Source of the DNA: Candidatus Latescibacterota bacterium
Lineage (GTDB): Bacteria; Latescibacterota; UBA2968; GCA-2709665
DNA length: 64,000 nt
Reading direction: 5' to 3'
Assembly (NCBI GenBank): GCA_965226795.1
Contig: CBDDDZ010000004.1
Location: forward strand, 512,001-576,000
Shown: positions 60,574-64,000 of the stretch, one piece after another
Position numbering within the stretch: position 1 is the stretch's first letter
How the letters are laid out: each line of letters begins with the position of its first letter
Program-made: the position numbers and the translations under genes
The notes under the pieces: model-generated
Database searches by the model: none
What the model was told of the DNA's origin: nothing
What the model saw: the letters and a program-made list of their open reading frames with translations, nothing else

Positions 60574-61809
60574 ATGGCCAAAGGGGATCAGATAGTCGGG
60601 ATGGATATTGGAACGACCAAGATTTGTGTGGTCGTGGCCGAGGTGGAAGAAAACGACCATCTCAAGATTACGGGGATCGGCACAAGCCCGTCGAACGGGC
60701 TGAAACGCGGGGTTGTGGTGAATGTGGCCCAAACCGTCCAATCCATCCAACACGCCGTGGAAGAAGCTGAACAGGCTTCGGACGTACGTATCGGGGCGGT
60801 TTACGCCGGCATCGCAGGTGATCACATTCGCAGCCTGAATTGCCGAGGTGTAATCGCGGTATCCGGAACTGATAACGAGATTACCGCTCAGGATGAGGCT
60901 CGTGTGATCGAAACCGCAAAAGCGGTTTCGATTCCTATGGACCGGGAAATTATCCACGTGTTGCCCCAATCGTTTGTGGTGGACGACCAGCCGGGAGTCA
61001 AGAATCCGATTGGAATGTCGGGAGTACGCCTGGAGGCCGACGTGCATATGGTGACTGGCGCCGTGACGTCGGCACAAAATATATGCAAAAGCATCCGAAG
61101 GGCGGGCGTAGAGGTCGTGGATCTCGTGCTGGAGCCGCTGGCATCCAGCTACGCCGTATTGTCACCCGAGGAAGAGGAAATGGGCGTGACGCTGGTCGAC
61201 ATTGGCGGTGGCACAACCGACATCGCGGTATTCTACGACGGGAGCATTCGACATACTGCCGTCTTGGGGCTGGGCGGTGAGAACGTAACCAATGACATAT
61301 CAATCGGATTGAGAACGCCCCTGCGCCAGGCGGAAAACATCAAGCGTTCGCGTGGCTGTTCGTCGCGCTCGTTGGTCGACAAGGACGAGACCATACAAGT
61401 ACCGGGAATTGGCGGCCGGCCCTCCTACGAAGTACCGCGGGAGGAACTGTCTGCGATTATCGAAGCGCGCATGGAGGAAATTTTCACCCTGGTCCATCGG
61501 GAAATCCGCAGGACCGATTACGCCGACCTACTGGCGGCCGGCGTCGTCATTACCGGCGGCGGATCGATGCTCGAGGGGACGGTTGAGCTGGCGGAGGAAG
61601 TGTTTGGAATGCCAGTCAGTGTCGGCAATCCGAACGGCGTGACCGGCCTGTCGGACGATGTCTTCGCGCCCATTTACGCTACCGGGGTCGGTCTGGTGAA
61701 ATTCGGCCTGCAGCAACGGGAATTCGGCGGCGCGTTAAGGGTCGGCGGCAATGACTCTTTCGGATCGATTCTTGGCAGGATGAAGGCGTGGGTGAAGGAC
61801 TTTTTCTAA
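60574..61809 (+). CDS. ftsA: Cell division protein FtsA
   Basis: MDIGTTK, VDIGGGTTD, VITGGG, C-terminal amphipathic helix. Confidence 0.97.
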   Translation: MAKGDQIVGMDIGTTKICVVVAEVEENDHLKITGIGTSPSNGLKRGVVVNVAQTVQSIQHAVEEAEQASDVRIGAVYAGIAGDHIRSLNCRGVIAVSGTDNEITAQDEARVIETAKAVSIPMDREIIHVLPQSFVVDDQPGVKNPIGMSGVRLEADVHMVTGAVTSAQNICKSIRRAGVEVVDLVLEPLASSYAVLSPEEEEMGVTLVDIGGGTTDIAVFYDGSIRHTAVLGLGGENVTNDISIGLRTPLRQAENIKRSRGCSSRSLVDKDETIQVPGIGGRPSYEVPREELSAIIEARMEEIFTLVHREIRRTDYADLLAAGVVITGGGSMLEGTVELAEEVFGMPVSVGNPNGVTGLSDDVFAPIYATGVGLVKFGLQQREFGGALRVGGNDSFGSILGRMKAWVKDFF

Positions 61810-61919
61810 AGAGAACGACGGCCGGGTCCGGCCGGATTCACAACAAACCGGCATTTCAACGGATGGGTCGACCGAAGGGGTTTGCCCGCTCCACAACGCG
61901 AATTGACAGGAGAAGCTAA

Positions 61920-63083
61920 ATGGTGACATTTTCGATTGTTGACAATGACAATCAGGCGAAGATGCGGGTTGTGGGGGTAGGCGGTGCCGGGGGCAACGCG
62001 GTGAATCGGATGATCGCAACGGACCTCAAGGGTGTGGAGTTTATCGCGGTCAATTCGGATCTGCAGGATCTGGATAAATCCGAAGCATCAAAACGTGTAC
62101 AGATCGGTCAGGCGATTACAAAAGGGCTTGGCGCGGGCGCCAATCCGGAAATCGGACGGCAGGCCATGGAGGAAGACCGGGACCACGTCACGGAACTGCT
62201 GGCCGGTTCGGACATGGTTTTCATAACTGCCGGTATGGGTGGCGGTACAGGTACGGGCGCTGCGCCGGTGGTGGCCGAGATCGCAAGAGAAGTTGGCGCG
62301 CTGACGGTGGGCATCGTGACAAAGCCGTTCAAAATGGAGGGCGTACCCCGGTTACGCAACGCCGAGATGGGCATCGCTCAGCTGAAGGATTCCGTGGATA
62401 CGCTCATCGTAATTCCAAACCAGCGTCTTCTGGACATTTGTTCCGAGGACACGACGCTCCGCGAAGCGTTTAGAGTGGCCGACGACGTTCTGCTACAGGC
62501 CACGCGCGGGATTTCGGATCTGATTGCGATTCCGGGCGAGGTCAATCTGGATTTCAACGACGTGCGTACGGTAATGCAACAGGGCGGAGACGCGTTGATG
62601 GGAACCGGCATGGCCAAGGGGGAAGGCCGTGCGATTCATGCAGCCGAGGCAGCCATCAGGAGCCCCTTGCTGGAAGAACTGTCCATTGATGGCGCAAGGT
62701 GCGTGCTGGTAAATATCGCAGCCGGGAGTGAATTGAAGCTGTTCGAAGTGGACCAATCGGTATCTACCGTTACAAAAGCAGTTGGCCCAGAGGCGAATAT
62801 TATCTGGGGTACCGTGTTGGATGATGCACTCAGCGATGAACTTCGGATAACGGTGATTGCCACCGGTTTCTCCAGGGAAGAGGATCTCGTTGGAACGAAA
62901 ACGCGGCGGGTTCCGACGGACAACCCTCTCGGCCTCGACGTGCCTGCGTATATGCGCAAAGCCGACAACGCCGAGGCGACGGAGCCGCAGGTCGCGCCGG
63001 AGGAAAACGTAGACCGGGACATCTCACTGGACGACCTGGAAATACCGTCGTTTCTGAGGCGTCGTCTGAAGGATACGGCCTGA
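61920..63083 (+). CDS. ftsZ: Cell division protein FtsZ
   Basis: GVGGAGGNAV, GMGGGTGTG, NLDFND, C-terminal IPSFLRR. Confidence 0.98.
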   Translation: MVTFSIVDNDNQAKMRVVGVGGAGGNAVNRMIATDLKGVEFIAVNSDLQDLDKSEASKRVQIGQAITKGLGAGANPEIGRQAMEEDRDHVTELLAGSDMVFITAGMGGGTGTGAAPVVAEIAREVGALTVGIVTKPFKMEGVPRLRNAEMGIAQLKDSVDTLIVIPNQRLLDICSEDTTLREAFRVADDVLLQATRGISDLIAIPGEVNLDFNDVRTVMQQGGDALMGTGMAKGEGRAIHAAEAAIRSPLLEELSIDGARCVLVNIAAGSELKLFEVDQSVSTVTKAVGPEANIIWGTVLDDALSDELRITVIATGFSREEDLVGTKTRRVPTDNPLGLDVPAYMRKADNAEATEPQVAPEENVDRDISLDDLEIPSFLRRRLKDTA

Positions 63084-63135
63084 CCCACGCTACTCCCCAG
63101 GGTATGTTTTTTCGGGATGACAGAGGACCAAGGGC

Positions 63136-64000
63136 ATGGAGACCGTGCGATGGGGTATGGTGGGTTGTGGCGACGTCACGGAGGTGAAGAGCGGGCCTGG
63201 ATTTCAGAATGCGAACGCGTCCAGGCTGGTGGCGGTGATGCGGCGGGATGTCGACAAGGCAGCGGATTACGCGAACAGACACGGCGTGCCGCGGTTTTAC
63301 GGACAGGCAGAGGCATTGATTGAGGATGCCGAAGTCGACGCCTTGTATGTAGCAACCCCGCCTTCGTCGCATCTTGACCTGGCGCTTAAGGTTGCGCACG
63401 CCGAAAAGCCGTGTCTTGTGGAAAAACCCATGGCGATGAATCACTTTGAGTGCCAGCAGATGGTGGCGGCCTTCCGAAAGATAGGACGGCCGCTTTTTGT
63501 GGCGTATTACAGGCGGGCGCTGCCTCGATTCCTGCGCGTTCGTGAGCTGCTGCGGGAAGGAGCGGTCGGCGAGTTGAGTTCAGTACACATCACGCACTAT
63601 GATCCCCTTGCCTGCGCTGACGAAGCGAGTGGCTGGCGTTACAGGCCGGAAATCTCGGGAGGTGGGTTGTTTATGGATTTGGGTTCTCACGGTCTGGATT
63701 TGCTGGATTTTCTCGTAAGTCCGATCAAACGGGTTTGGGGATGTGCAGCGAACACGAGCGGCGCCTACGAGGCCGAGGACGTGGTTGCGGCCAGCTTTGA
63801 ATTTGAATCAGGGATTGTGGGAACGGGCATTTGGAATTTCAATGCGGATTTTTCCGAAGACCGAATGACGTTCACCGGCTCGGACGGGGAATTGCATTGT
63901 CCGGTTTTTTCGGACACCGATATTCTGGTCAGGAAAGGCGGCGTAACGACGGCTCTGGAATACAGGAATCCTACCCATGTACATCAGCCGCTGATACAGA
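63136..64000 (+). CDS. Gfo/Idh/MocA family oxidoreductase (3'-truncated by window end)
   Basis: Translated by eye: METVRWGMVGCGDVTEVKSGP...YVATPPSSH...VEKPMA...AYYRR...DLGSHGLD; no stop seen before the window end. Confidence 0.88.
   Translation, partial: METVRWGMVGCGDVTEVKSGPGFQNANASRLVAVMRRDVDKAADYANRHGVPRFYGQAEALIEDAEVDALYVATPPSSHLDLALKVAHAEKPCLVEKPMAMNHFECQQMVAAFRKIGRPLFVAYYRRALPRFLRVRELLREGAVGELSSVHITHYDPLACADEASGWRYRPEISGGGLFMDLGSHGLDLLDFLVSPIKRVWGCAANTSGAYEAEDVVAASFEFESGIVGTGIWNFNADFSEDRMTFTGSDGELHCPVFSDTDILVRKGGVTTALEYRNPTHVHQPLIQ

Overview
GC-rich bacterial chromosomal segment. Dockerin/EF-hand-like LRR proteins, a PorV-like barrel and a DUF6785-like transporter suggest an FCB/Latescibacterota-Gemmatimonadota-type, possibly host-associated organism (inference only). 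The left part (~1-27 kb) is accessory. It holds a transporter/amidohydrolase/deacetylase/acetyltransferase cluster, an AT-richer translationally coupled three-gene cassette led by a PD-(D/E)xK-like protein (candidate defence/TA system), a decaying oxygenase-MMPL-LolA-like-OMP-dioxygenase operon, and metal transporters. The right part is mostly core: tRNA-Val, rplS-trmD-rimM-rpsP-ffh, rpe, uppS-cdsA-dxr-rseP, and a dcw cluster that lacks mraY, murD and ddl. Highlights: (i) a 4.7-kb integrase-less island of LRR/dockerin-like genes bounded by a 57-bp direct repeat that duplicates the 3' end of the host gene with only synonymous differences; (ii) the three-gene cassette at 8.5-10.2 kb; (iii) a three-copy TA-flanked MITE whose end forms the stop codons of two genes and adds a C-terminal tail to a third; (iv) a 15-bp hairpin covering the MMPL RBS and ATG; (v) a candidate sRNA; (vi) a probable non-canonical murB start. 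No CRISPR array, rRNA, integrase, transposase or reverse transcriptase was seen.
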